IMG/VR virus record: IMGVR_UViG_3300009285_000507
Location: 32,749 to 96,748 of that record
From: a virus
Lineage: Duplodnaviria > Heunggongvirae > Uroviricota > Caudoviricetes
Strand: one strand, 5' to 3'
DNA length: 64,000 nucleotides
Under the pieces are notes generated by a model. That model made no database searches. It was given only the letters and a program-made list of their open reading frames with translations, and was not told the DNA's origin. How positions within the stretch are numbered: the stretch's first letter is position 1; each line of letters starts with the position of its first letter. Position numbers and translations under genes: made by a program. Below are positions 55,494 to 63,523 of this stretch, piece by piece.

Positions 55494-55527
55494 TAAGAGC
55501 ACCTAAAAAATTTTCAGGAGTTGAAGC

Positions 55528-55887
55528 ATGGGAACACGGTTTAACATGAAGAACCTGGTAGAGATGCTTGAGAAGGATCGGGTTCCCCTTGAGTTCTTTA
55601 ACAACATTAAACGTGACATCACAGAGCTGCTTACAGTGTGCACCACATATAAAGAAGGTCCGGTTCGTGAACAGGCAGTGAAGACCTTGACAGAGATTGG
55701 CGAAGCCATCCAGCAGTTCGTTCAGGCTAACCCACAAGCTCAGCAGCAGACCCAGAGGCCAGAGGGTGGCACTCAGTCACCTCCAGGTAATCCTCCTTCA
55801 GTGGGGGCAGAGACTCCAACAGGCGGTATGGTTGGAGCTAACAGTCCAGGGTCAGCAGCAGTAACACCAGCTGGTATGGGAGCCTAG
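55528..55887 (+). CDS. hypothetical protein with Pro/Gly/Gln-rich C-terminus (119 aa)
   Basis: ORF with AGGAGTTGAAGCATG start context. Confidence 0.45.
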   Translation: MGTRFNMKNLVEMLEKDRVPLEFFNNIKRDITELLTVCTTYKEGPVREQAVKTLTEIGEAIQQFVQANPQAQQQTQRPEGGTQSPPGNPPSVGAETPTGGMVGANSPGSAAVTPAGMGA

Positions 55888-55900
55888 TTAGTAATTCAGC

Positions 55901-55929
55901 TTGACATTTATAAACAACTGTAGTATAAT
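55901..55929 (+). promoter_or_regulatory. consensus sigma-70-type promoter TTGACA-N17-TATAAT
   Basis: Perfect hexamers with 17-bp spacer. 27 nt upstream of the ATG at 55956, with GGAAAGGAGA as Shine-Dalgarno. Confidence 0.65.
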
Positions 55930-55955
55930 ATAATCATAGAGGAAAGGAGACGGAC

Positions 55956-56414
55956 ATGAAGACTCGTCTTATCGTTGCAGCGTTATCAGTATTCCTTCTG
56001 TACACACCCACCTTTGCTGATGAGATGCACAAGCTTACAAAGACTGACACCACCTACACCAAAGGTGTCCTGCGTGACATGGGCAGGGCTATTGGTCGAG
56101 AGGTACGTGACAGGGTTGAGCAGGAAGTACGTGGTCGTGTAGAGGACGCAATTGGTATTAGCCTACCTGAGCAAGCTAATGGTAACACCGAGAACAATGG
56201 TAATCATTATGGTTGGGATTATCAGTCACAGTATCAGATAGTCGGTGACAACCCAGCGTCCACAATCACTGAGGCTCCGCTTAACACACCGCATCAAGCA
56301 CTTAGTATTGACTGGCAAGCAGTGATCCGTGGTGAGCAGACCGTCATTGTAGAGGGTGATGGCAAGACCCATGTTAACACTGAGCGTGATTATCTAAACA
56401 GAAGTGACCGTTAG
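55956..56414 (+). CDS. secreted protein (152 aa)
   Basis: Signal peptide MKTRLIVAALSVFLLYTPTFA. Confidence 0.45.
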   Translation: MKTRLIVAALSVFLLYTPTFADEMHKLTKTDTTYTKGVLRDMGRAIGREVRDRVEQEVRGRVEDAIGISLPEQANGNTENNGNHYGWDYQSQYQIVGDNPASTITEAPLNTPHQALSIDWQAVIRGEQTVIVEGDGKTHVNTERDYLNRSDR

Positions 56415-56444
56415 AGTCACTAACAATACGGACAGGAGATAGTT

Positions 56445-56729
56445 ATGTCAGAAGATGAGAGCAAAGTAATCGGTGGAGATACACAGCCAACACCCATGGA
56501 GGAAGCTGCTGCAAGTGAGAAGCCAGCTGTTGATCGTTTCGTTCAGTACAACATGGCTAAGAAGGAAGCATATGTAGAGATCATTACCACTATCAATAAG
56601 TACATGAGCGAGTTCAATCTATCACCTGTGGACATTGCTGGCATGCTTAACTGGGTTGTGCTTGACCTACACATGAGCGCAGTACAGGATGCACATGAGA
56701 AGCAGCAGAGCCGCATCATCCGTCCGTAA
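56445..56729 (+). CDS. hypothetical protein (94 aa)
   Basis: ORF with CAGGAGATAGTTATG start context. Confidence 0.4.
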   Translation: MSEDESKVIGGDTQPTPMEEAAASEKPAVDRFVQYNMAKKEAYVEIITTINKYMSEFNLSPVDIAGMLNWVVLDLHMSAVQDAHEKQQSRIIRP

Positions 56730-56746
56730 CAACACTGAGTACACAG

Positions 56747-56778
56747 GGGAGGTGCCCATCAAGGCATCTCCCTTTTTA
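56747..56778 (+). terminator. rho-independent terminator
   Basis: GGGAGGTGCC-CATCAA-GGCATCTCCC (one G-U pair) followed by TTTTT. Confidence 0.65.
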
Positions 56779-56790
56779 CTTATACATTTA
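56776..56790 (+). promoter_or_regulatory. late-promoter-like motif TTACTTATACATTTA
   Basis: Directly after the terminator. Near-identical 35-nt block (TTTTACTTATACATT-ACA-CATAAC-AGTA-GAGG) repeated at 57766. Confidence 0.45.
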
Positions 56791-56809
56791 CATCATAACA
56801 AGTACAGAG

Positions 56810-57241
56810 GTGAGGACAATGATCAAGGACATTCGTGGGCTACTTAAGTCAGTCAAGGAAGCAGTGACCACACACTATACATCTGCGGATGACCCAGCTG
56901 CTGGTGGCTATGACCAGCACGGTAACTTCGTTGGCGGGGAAGGTAGCAAGAGCAATGCTTCCTATCCAACCAGTGAGGCAAGCCTTGATGAAACCATGGA
57001 TATGCTAGAGCGTAACGTGCCTTACGAGACCACTGCTGATGGGGTTATCTTTAAGGATCCAATGGGTGAGATGGAGCAGGGTATGCCAGTACCCACCACA
57101 GTAACCAAGGATCAGTTTGAACGTGCACAGCGGGCCCTTAACGATAAGAAGGCAGGGAACAAGCCAGTACCTGGAGCAGTTGATGTCAGTGTACAGAAGC
57201 CAACTAATGTCCCTGTTCCTGGTGCTACAAATCCAGAGTAG
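56810..57241 (+). CDS. hypothetical protein (143 aa)
   Basis: ORF with GAGGTGAGGACAATG start context. Confidence 0.4.
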   Translation: MRTMIKDIRGLLKSVKEAVTTHYTSADDPAAGGYDQHGNFVGGEGSKSNASYPTSEASLDETMDMLERNVPYETTADGVIFKDPMGEMEQGMPVPTTVTKDQFERAQRALNDKKAGNKPVPGAVDVSVQKPTNVPVPGATNPE

Positions 57242-57266
57242 AAGTTTGTGCTCGCCAGTAGTACAA
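57239..57266 (+). promoter_or_regulatory. candidate promoter (TAGAA-N17-TAGTACAAT)
   Basis: TACAAT at 57261-57266. ATG at 57285. Confidence 0.4.
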
Positions 57267-57284
57267 TATAGATAGGAGAACTAA

Positions 57285-57518
57285 ATGGAAACCTTAGAGA
57301 TCTATCCAATCGGAACACAGGTTAGCTTTGTCCTATGCCCTGAGCTCACTGGCTTTGTTGTGGGAGTAACTATAGGACGCAACAACGTTATCACCTATCA
57401 GGTATCATACTGGACTGATAACCCACGTGAAGGTATGTTCCGTGAGTTCGAGGTACAAGCTGCTGAGGTTGACGCTAAGACCTGTATTGGATTCAAGGAG
57501 TTAGATCTAGATGAGTGA
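57285..57518 (+). CDS. hypothetical small protein (77 aa)
   Basis: ORF with ATAGGAGAACTAAATG start context. Confidence 0.4.
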   Translation: METLEIYPIGTQVSFVLCPELTGFVVGVTIGRNNVITYQVSYWTDNPREGMFREFEVQAAEVDAKTCIGFKELDLDE

Positions 57519-57762
57519 TGTAATTAAGGAGCTCATCCTATCCATATGTCCTGGACAGACTGTGGTTATAGGTCGCAAGGACATAGAGGATAACTTCGTT
57601 GACGTGGTAGAGGGCAGGGGATTCTATATGTTTGACAGGGATAAGCAGGTGGTCAAGCAGCTAGAGATGGTTAAGCTTACAGAGTGCACATGTCACATTA
57701 AGTGCCACGCTGATAAGAGTATAGGACAGAGCTACCAGGATAAAGAATGGTGGTTTAAATAG
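57511..57762 (+). CDS. hypothetical small protein (83 aa)
   Basis: ORF overlapping the previous gene by 8 nt. Confidence 0.4.
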   Translation: MSDVIKELILSICPGQTVVIGRKDIEDNFVDVVEGRGFYMFDRDKQVVKQLEMVKLTECTCHIKCHADKSIGQSYQDKEWWFK

Positions 57763-57770
57763 GCAACCTT

Positions 57771-57785
57771 TTACTTATACATTAT
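57771..57785 (+). promoter_or_regulatory. late-promoter-like motif TTACTTATACATTAT
   Basis: Second copy of the 35-nt block seen at 56768. 26 nt upstream of the ATG at 57811. Confidence 0.45.
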
Positions 57786-57810
57786 CACATAACGAGTAAG
57801 AGGATACTAC

Positions 57811-58203
57811 ATGCAAGCTACTATTCAGTTGCTCAAGATGCTACGAGAAGATGTGGTTGACTTCACTGGTCCCAAGGACAGAGTAACAACTCCGACAGGC
57901 GATGGTCACACACAGGTTACCTTTGGGTCAGATGAGGTAGACGCACTCAACCAGCCAGTGAAGGCAGATAACTTTGCCCTGCATAAGCTGCCAGAGGTTG
58001 GCTCAAGGGCATCAGAAGTACTGAAGAGCATGACAGTACTAGCACACACCTTGTCACAGCTAAGCAAGTCAGATAGCAAGTCACTTGAGAAGTCCTTCGA
58101 GCACATCCAAGGACTACGTGATTCACTTACAGAGCTCGATACATTCCTAGCCAGCTATCAGACAGAGGTAGCCAACACAGCATCAGAGACTGGCAATGTC
58201 TAA
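57811..58203 (+). CDS. hypothetical protein (130 aa)
   Basis: ORF with AAGAGGATACTACATG start context. Confidence 0.4.
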   Translation: MQATIQLLKMLREDVVDFTGPKDRVTTPTGDGHTQVTFGSDEVDALNQPVKADNFALHKLPEVGSRASEVLKSMTVLAHTLSQLSKSDSKSLEKSFEHIQGLRDSLTELDTFLASYQTEVANTASETGNV

Positions 58204-58516
58204 AGAGCTTCTCATCCTCAAGTACTTGAAGGAGTCCATGGACTCCAACGCTATCAAGTATGACCCTGCTACCCACATGTACAACGGTGTCTACCTTAAG
58301 CCAGGGGACATTGTAGTTGATCGCAAGGTAGGTTCCGAGTACAGAGTAGATGCCATTGATGTAAACGTACCCACCACATTGGTGCTCCAAGAGTTAAACT
58401 CAGATGATCAGCCTACAGAGAATGCACCAGTAACAGTAAGTGTAGATCCCTCCTCGACCAACCCATTGTACCGAGAGTTGTTCCTGTTCGGTACCTCACC
58501 TAATAATAGATTCTAG
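58196..58516 (+). CDS. hypothetical protein (106 aa)
   Basis: ORF overlapping the previous gene by 8 nt. Confidence 0.4.
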   Translation: MSKELLILKYLKESMDSNAIKYDPATHMYNGVYLKPGDIVVDRKVGSEYRVDAIDVNVPTTLVLQELNSDDQPTENAPVTVSVDPSSTNPLYRELFLFGTSPNNRF

Positions 58517-58527
58517 CTTTAAATCTC

Positions 58528-58556
58528 TTCCAGCTAGTAGTACAATATTAACAAGA
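58528..58556 (+). promoter_or_regulatory. candidate promoter (TAGTACAAT -10)
   Basis: TACAAT at 58551-58556. ATG at 58574, with GAGGAG Shine-Dalgarno. Confidence 0.35.
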
Positions 58557-58573
58557 GCTAGAGGAGAATTCAC

Positions 58574-59083
58574 ATGGACTTTGAGAGTTTTGTAATCAAG
58601 TTCTTTGTCTACGGTTTTGGAACGCCCGTCGCTGGGCTGCTAGGTTACTGGGCATATGATAAGCACATCGCTACTCTATCTGGTGAGGAGCGTACTGATC
58701 TAATCAACAAGGCTGTGCTTGGGTTGATCAGTGTTGGCACTAAGGTTGGCTTGGTTAAGAAGACTGATAGCCTGCAGAAGATCATTGATAAGTATAGTGT
58801 TAACAAGTATCGTCAGAAGAGAGAAGAGCTTAAAAAGAATGGTGTTAACTGTGAGCACTTGGACTTCTTAAGTAGGGTGGTGAGAATTGAGAAAAATCTT
58901 AATCAAATTCACCACCACCCATCATACAAGGAACGTGTAGCTGATATCAGAAGGAGAGAGCTGGCTTCTGGAAGAAGGCAGTCAGGGCTTACACCATCTC
59001 TTTATGCACAGCTATATGATATGAGCAGTGATCCAAGTAACATTGAGTGTACTCATGTTGTGACTAAGAAGGTAGCAAAATGA
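58574..59083 (+). CDS. hypothetical protein with N-terminal TM segment (169 aa)
   Basis: FVYGFGTPVAGLLGYWAY hydrophobic N-terminus. Confidence 0.4.
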   Translation: MDFESFVIKFFVYGFGTPVAGLLGYWAYDKHIATLSGEERTDLINKAVLGLISVGTKVGLVKKTDSLQKIIDKYSVNKYRQKREELKKNGVNCEHLDFLSRVVRIEKNLNQIHHHPSYKERVADIRRRELASGRRQSGLTPSLYAQLYDMSSDPSNIECTHVVTKKVAK

Positions 59084-59118
59084 TATCACCCCGCAAGAGG
59101 GTAATAAAAGGAGAGGCA

Positions 59119-59904
59119 ATGGACTTTGTTAATTGGAAGGTTGTTGTAGGTGGTGTGTTGGTTGTTCTAGTTCTATGTGCTATCAGTGGTACGTTCGGTA
59201 TTGTAGGGGCTGGTGAGCGTGGTGTTACTACTACGTTCGGTGCAGTGTCCTCAGACGTAAAGGGTGAAGGTCTATACATTAAGATCCCGTTCGTGCAGGA
59301 AGTTATCATTGCTGACGTTCGTGTTCAGAAGAAGCAGACTGAAGCCTCTGCAGCATCCAAGGATCTTCAGATAGTGCATAGTGTTGTGGCTCTTAACTTT
59401 AACATTAAGCCTGAGGCAGTGGCAACTATCTACCAGCAGTTCGGTGTTGACTTCAAGGATCGTATGATTGACCCTGCCCTGCAGGAATCAGTGAAGTCAG
59501 TGACAGCACGTTATACAGCAGAGGAACTGGTTACCAAGCGTGAAGAGGTGCGCGAGGCTATCAAGGTTCTACTGCGTGAGAAGCTTGCCCCCATGGGTAT
59601 TGTAGTGGACGAGCTTAACATTGTTAACTTCGACTTCTCTCCCAGCTTCAATGCTGCCGTTGAGGCCAAGGTTACAGCAGAGCAGAATGCTCTAGCAGCA
59701 GAGAACAAGCTAGCGCAGGTTAGGTTTGAAGCTGATCAGGCCATTGCTGAAGCCAAGGGTAAGGCTGAGGCTATCCGTCTTACTGCCCAGGCCCTGGCTC
59801 AGAGCCCACAGGTTCTTCAGCTGCGTTGGATTGAGAGATGGAATGGTGCAATGCCTACCACGGTTCTAGGAAACAACACTACAGCAATGATTCAGGTTCC
59901 TTAA
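59119..59904 (+). CDS. SPFH/Band-7 (prohibitin/HflKC-like) domain protein
   Basis: N-terminal TM (VVVGGVLVVLVLCAISG). GERGVTTTFGAV...GEGLYIKIPFVQEV matches the SPFH core. Ala/Glu-rich coiled-coil tail. Start taken at MDFVNW (the track ORF starts at 59080). Confidence 0.65.
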   Translation: MDFVNWKVVVGGVLVVLVLCAISGTFGIVGAGERGVTTTFGAVSSDVKGEGLYIKIPFVQEVIIADVRVQKKQTEASAASKDLQIVHSVVALNFNIKPEAVATIYQQFGVDFKDRMIDPALQESVKSVTARYTAEELVTKREEVREAIKVLLREKLAPMGIVVDELNIVNFDFSPSFNAAVEAKVTAEQNALAAENKLAQVRFEADQAIAEAKGKAEAIRLTAQALAQSPQVLQLRWIERWNGAMPTTVLGNNTTAMIQVP

Positions 59905-60027
59905 CAGTTATACATGCGCTGATCCGTAGGGGTGTGGTGTTCAGACCACGCAGTAATAAACAGCCGCTAGCTATGAGGCCCACAGCTGAGCGAGTGAGTG
60001 GTTGATAATAGATGCCAGCGCATTTAT

Positions 60028-60098
60028 GGGCAGGTAGCTCAATGGATAGAGCACCACTGATCATGGGGTTGCGAGTTCAAGTCTCGCCACTCCCTCCA
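60028..60098 (+). ncRNA. tRNA-like element (degenerate; possible pseudo-tRNA or att-site remnant)
   Basis: Canonical 5' half GGGCAGG-TA-GCTC-AATGGATA-GAGC. Perfect T arm GCGAG-TTCAAGT-CTCGC followed by CACTCCC-T-CCA. The acceptor strands pair at only 4 of 7 positions. The anticodon arm is poorly paired and there is no room for a variable loop. Confidence 0.3.
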
Positions 60099-60115
60099 TT
60101 TTAAAGGAGTTACAC

Positions 60116-60670
60116 ATGAGACGTAATCCAATAAAGCTAGGGGACGGTGATGAGCTCCTAGCTGGTACCAACCACCTGTCCTTCATTGATAGGACATATG
60201 AGATCAAGGGTAACACAAAGCATTGGCAGTTCGTCACAAGGCGTACTGGTGTCAACGCTGTAATGATTGTGGCTACCATAGGTGACAACATTATTATCAC
60301 TAGGGAGTACAGGGCACCTCTTGGCGGCTACGAGTGGGGGTTCCCTGCAGGGCTCATAGATGATGGGGAGAGCGTTGAGGACGCAGCATACAGGGAGATC
60401 AAGGAAGAGACAGGGTTTTCACTCTTCGGTATAAATCGTGTAAGTCCTTTTGTGTATAACTCAGCTGGCCTTACAGATGAAGCTATAGCCATTGTATACT
60501 GTGAGGCACGTGGTGGTGTAGGAGAACCTGACCTACAGGACTCAGAGGACATAACTACTTATGTAGCAACTCGAGCAGAGGTTTCAGATCTACTTAAGGA
60601 TAGCAGTGCAATGATCAGTGCAAAGGCATGGATCATACTAGAACGGTTCGCTAGGGAGGGTAAGGTTTAA
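60116..60670 (+). CDS. Nudix hydrolase
   Basis: Nudix box GFPAGLIDDGESVEDAAYREIKEETGF (Gx5Ex7REUxEExGU). Length 184 aa. AAGGAG Shine-Dalgarno. Confidence 0.75.
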   Translation: MRRNPIKLGDGDELLAGTNHLSFIDRTYEIKGNTKHWQFVTRRTGVNAVMIVATIGDNIIITREYRAPLGGYEWGFPAGLIDDGESVEDAAYREIKEETGFSLFGINRVSPFVYNSAGLTDEAIAIVYCEARGGVGEPDLQDSEDITTYVATRAEVSDLLKDSSAMISAKAWIILERFAREGKV

Positions 60671-61098
60671 TGGCTAGTAGAGTTAAGAAGAGGACTAAGA
60701 AGGAACTACCTAAGCACACGTACTTCCTAAGCTGGATCTCTCCTTGTAGCAAGAAGGAGTTTGAGTACCATGGTCCTTGGTGGATCACTGGTATGGACTG
60801 TGACATGAATGACATTATGGTTGGGGCTATCAAGGCATCAAGCCCAGAGGAAGCTGTGGATGTAATGCGTAAGAGCTATGATAACGTACCGGAAACATTA
60901 CAGGTTAAGTTCTGCAACATGCTACCTGATGAGCAGTGCATCTTCTCCGACACATACAAGCGGGAGCAGTGTATGGTGTGGCCCATTGATTCCATTGAGG
61001 CAGAGCTGCGCAAGAAGAAGGCTATAGCTGAGAGAGAAGCTAATGATATGGATGACGAGCACAGGCATGGTAACAAGAACTATTATCCAGAAGACTAG
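60670..61098 (+). CDS. hypothetical protein (142 aa)
   Basis: ORF whose start overlaps the Nudix stop (TAATGG). Confidence 0.4.
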   Translation: MASRVKKRTKKELPKHTYFLSWISPCSKKEFEYHGPWWITGMDCDMNDIMVGAIKASSPEEAVDVMRKSYDNVPETLQVKFCNMLPDEQCIFSDTYKREQCMVWPIDSIEAELRKKKAIAEREANDMDDEHRHGNKNYYPED

Positions 61099-61124
61099 AA
61101 TATAAAGGAGATATGTAGTACAAT
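61096..61124 (+). promoter_or_regulatory. candidate promoter TAGAAT-N17-TAGTACAAT
   Basis: TACAAT at 61119-61124. GTG start at 61150. Confidence 0.4.
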
Positions 61125-61149
61125 GTAAGTATAGGACAGGAGAGATCCA

Positions 61150-61428
61150 GTGAGATCATTAACTATAGCAGACGTACATATGGGCTCAATACTTGGATGC
61201 GTACCTCGTGCAGTTACTAATGCTGATCACATGATCTCCTATGAGGGTATGTGCCGTATAGTGGTTTCATGTAGGCGTTTATGTGTAGACAAGGAACACA
61301 TGCACAATTATATTCCTCTCTTTAATCCTAGGTACATTCAACCCAATGTGTTCCCTGTAGGAAGTAGAGTGTTTGATATGATCCAGTCGTGGTCAACGGA
61401 GGTTAACAATAATGGACAACCAGTTTGA
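61150..61428 (+). CDS. hypothetical protein (92 aa)
   Basis: ORF with GTG start after GGACAGGAGAGATCCA. Confidence 0.35.
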   Translation: MRSLTIADVHMGSILGCVPRAVTNADHMISYEGMCRIVVSCRRLCVDKEHMHNYIPLFNPRYIQPNVFPVGSRVFDMIQSWSTEVNNNGQPV

Positions 61429-61702
61429 GAGCAACGAGCACCTTAACTCCATAGAATTATATAGGATGCAGATGGCTGCTATCAGTACAGCTGCAGAGTG
61501 CAACACCAGGAAGTCAGCTCTGCAGCAGAGGATCCCTTTCCATAGCCAGTACTACACCCCTGCGTATCGCTATGTATGCGAGGCAGTTGACAGGGAGATC
61601 AGTACAAGGGATCAATTGAACCTGGCACTCAAGGAGTTGTCCCGTGTGTCAAGGGAGCTTGGCTATGCCCAGGCTGAGATTGATCAGCTGAGAGCTAAGT
61701 AG
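61412..61702 (+). CDS. hypothetical protein (96 aa)
   Basis: ORF overlapping the previous gene by 17 nt. Confidence 0.4.
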   Translation: MDNQFESNEHLNSIELYRMQMAAISTAAECNTRKSALQQRIPFHSQYYTPAYRYVCEAVDREISTRDQLNLALKELSRVSRELGYAQAEIDQLRAK

Positions 61703-61704
61703 TA

Positions 61705-62115
61705 ATGTCCATTGTATCTAACGTTATAAGTACAGTAAACAACTATATAGAGTATACTGTTGAGAGAGTTACAGAAGCCGCTTTTGTCGGAGTATCCATG
61801 CTTACGCAAGCTCTAGGACCAAATACTAACAGAAGATACAGCCAGGAGTTCTGGAATAGTTGGTTGGAAGATGTTGTATCTGTCCAGCCTATGGATCGTA
61901 CTACTGGTCAGGTCTTCTGGATGGACTATAGGTATGGGTCTGATGATACTTACCTTGGTCAGCAGGGTAGCTTTCTCAATATATGGAATGGTCACACAAT
62001 GCAGCGTGTGTTCATCAATAAGATTGTTGGTGAGGATATAAAGTATAGGATTATAAGGCTTAATGAGTACGTGAACAAAGAGGATATGAGTAAGTACACT
62101 AAGCAGTTGAGGTAA
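61705..62115 (+). CDS. small protein sharing the N-terminal capsid motif and the C-terminal VNKEDM family motif (136 aa)
   Basis: VSVQPMDRTTGQVFWMDYRY matches VSVQPMDRKTGQVFWLDYQY in the 41553 gene. C-terminus RLNEYVNKEDMSKY. Confidence 0.45.
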   Translation: MSIVSNVISTVNNYIEYTVERVTEAAFVGVSMLTQALGPNTNRRYSQEFWNSWLEDVVSVQPMDRTTGQVFWMDYRYGSDDTYLGQQGSFLNIWNGHTMQRVFINKIVGEDIKYRIIRLNEYVNKEDMSKYTKQLR

Positions 62116-62120
62116 TAACT

Positions 62121-62417
62121 ATGGAGCGCATACTAGCAGGAGAAACTACCATTAGCTTTGAGTTACCCTTTATAGACAATGAACAACCATATATATCACC
62201 TTTTATTTTTACTGATATAACAGTACCACCAGAGCATATTCCATGCTCAATACTGAGTATAGATCAGGAGGATAACATAGGTACGTCTCTTGGTGTTAGG
62301 CTGTACTTCTATCCAAGGGAAATATTGAGAAGGAAGATTGAGAGACTTAACTCCTATGTAAATAAAGAGAATATACTTAAGTACGCGGATGCATTATTGA
62401 AAGGGCGGGTGGATTAA
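62121..62417 (+). CDS. small protein of the VNKE family (98 aa)
   Basis: C-terminus RLNSYVNKENILKYADALLKGRVD parallels the previous gene. Confidence 0.45.
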   Translation: MERILAGETTISFELPFIDNEQPYISPFIFTDITVPPEHIPCSILSIDQEDNIGTSLGVRLYFYPREILRRKIERLNSYVNKENILKYADALLKGRVD

Positions 62418-62816
62418 ATGGACTGGACAGGTGGAGACACAACTGGGGATACTTCTATTCATCAGCGGTACGCGTATACCATACATAGTGCTGATACTAT
62501 TGATTGGGGAGCTCTGGACACTCGTGTTATATATGAACCTTGGCATGCACGTAGCACAGTTAGCACTGGTTACGTTTATCAGGATCCCCAGCCACATGAT
62601 AATGTAGTGTTTACGATAGGTGGTGAGGAGATCCTTAAGATAGACAAGGATGGTATGCATTATAAGAACGTGCTCATAAGGGATGCAGGGGAAGCACATG
62701 CTGCATTCGTTAAGGCAATGGATTCCATGTATAGATACAATGTTAGCAGGGGTACATATACTCCAATGTACACAGGGCAGATACAATTCGTGGATGATCC
62801 TCCATCAACCCCTTGA
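62418..62816 (+). CDS. hypothetical protein (132 aa)
   Basis: ORF whose start abuts the previous stop. Confidence 0.4.
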   Translation: MDWTGGDTTGDTSIHQRYAYTIHSADTIDWGALDTRVIYEPWHARSTVSTGYVYQDPQPHDNVVFTIGGEEILKIDKDGMHYKNVLIRDAGEAHAAFVKAMDSMYRYNVSRGTYTPMYTGQIQFVDDPPSTP

Positions 62817-62841
62817 TTGTTAATCTAATCTATGGTATAAT
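62813..62841 (+). promoter_or_regulatory. candidate promoter TTGATT-N17-TGGTATAAT, with -10 only 6 nt from ATG (leaderless candidate)
   Basis: TATAAT at 62836-62841. ATG at 62848. No room for a Shine-Dalgarno. Confidence 0.4.
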
Positions 62842-62847
62842 ATAGAC

Positions 62848-63048
62848 ATGGAGATAGCTTTTAATATGACCTACGTTGGTAATGACTACCTCAGTGCTAG
62901 CTTCTCCACAGTTGTGGAGGTTTCGTATGGCACTGTCCCGTCTGTTAAGGACATAAGTGACATAATTACTTCGTACTTCCCATGCACAAACAAGGAAAAT
63001 ATGATAGAGAAGTTCATCTTTATGGGGCCTGATGGTACACCTCAATGA
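62848..63048 (+). CDS. hypothetical small protein (66 aa)
   Basis: ORF directly after the TGGTATAAT element. Confidence 0.35.
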   Translation: MEIAFNMTYVGNDYLSASFSTVVEVSYGTVPSVKDISDIITSYFPCTNKENMIEKFIFMGPDGTPQ

Positions 63049-63251
63049 TACTCATAACTGGTAAGAACGAGCACAAGATTATTGATGCTGTTGCTATAAG
63101 ACTTGGTCCTAATGGTCATCTACGTAATGTGCACAAAGAGGATATGAGTAACTACTTAAAGGTTGTGCTGAAGGATTCTTGTGATGATGCGGCAGAGGAG
63201 TTCAGTATGTACATATGGCCATCACCCTGGATCTGGAACAGGATATACTAA
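63045..63251 (+). CDS. small protein with HKEDMSNY motif (68 aa)
   Basis: GHLRNVHKEDMSNYLKV relates it to the VNKEDMSKY family. Confidence 0.4.
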   Translation: MILITGKNEHKIIDAVAIRLGPNGHLRNVHKEDMSNYLKVVLKDSCDDAAEEFSMYIWPSPWIWNRIY

Positions 63252-63523
63252 TGATACTGCTTGATAATGATTGGGATTCAGAAGACTTTGAGGATGACGT
63301 AGATGATGACTTTGAGGGTATTCCAGAGACCGCTGCATTACCTCCTGGAGTATGTAGTGCATTGCTTATCATGAAGACATTTGTCAATGGGGTACAGATA
63401 CCTATTTATAGTAGGCCAGCTAGTAATACCTATGTTATACACAAAGAGAGAATGCACTGTTATATAGACTTAGATATGATAAAGAAGGTAGCGAGGGATA
63501 GAGGAGATACATTGGTACCGTGA
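63215..63523 (+). CDS. acidic small protein (102 aa)
   Basis: D/E-rich N-terminus. C-terminal ERMHCYIDLDMIKKV resembles DMHIYVNVDVIKSL in the next small ORF. Confidence 0.4.
   Translation: MAITLDLEQDILMILLDNDWDSEDFEDDVDDDFEGIPETAALPPGVCSALLIMKTFVNGVQIPIYSRPASNTYVIHKERMHCYIDLDMIKKVARDRGDTLVP

Noticed and set aside
55480-55737. Minus-strand ORFs 55480..55737 and 55503..55709
   Set aside because: Antisense to the plus-strand gene 55528..55887, which has a good SD. They run into the operator-repeat region.
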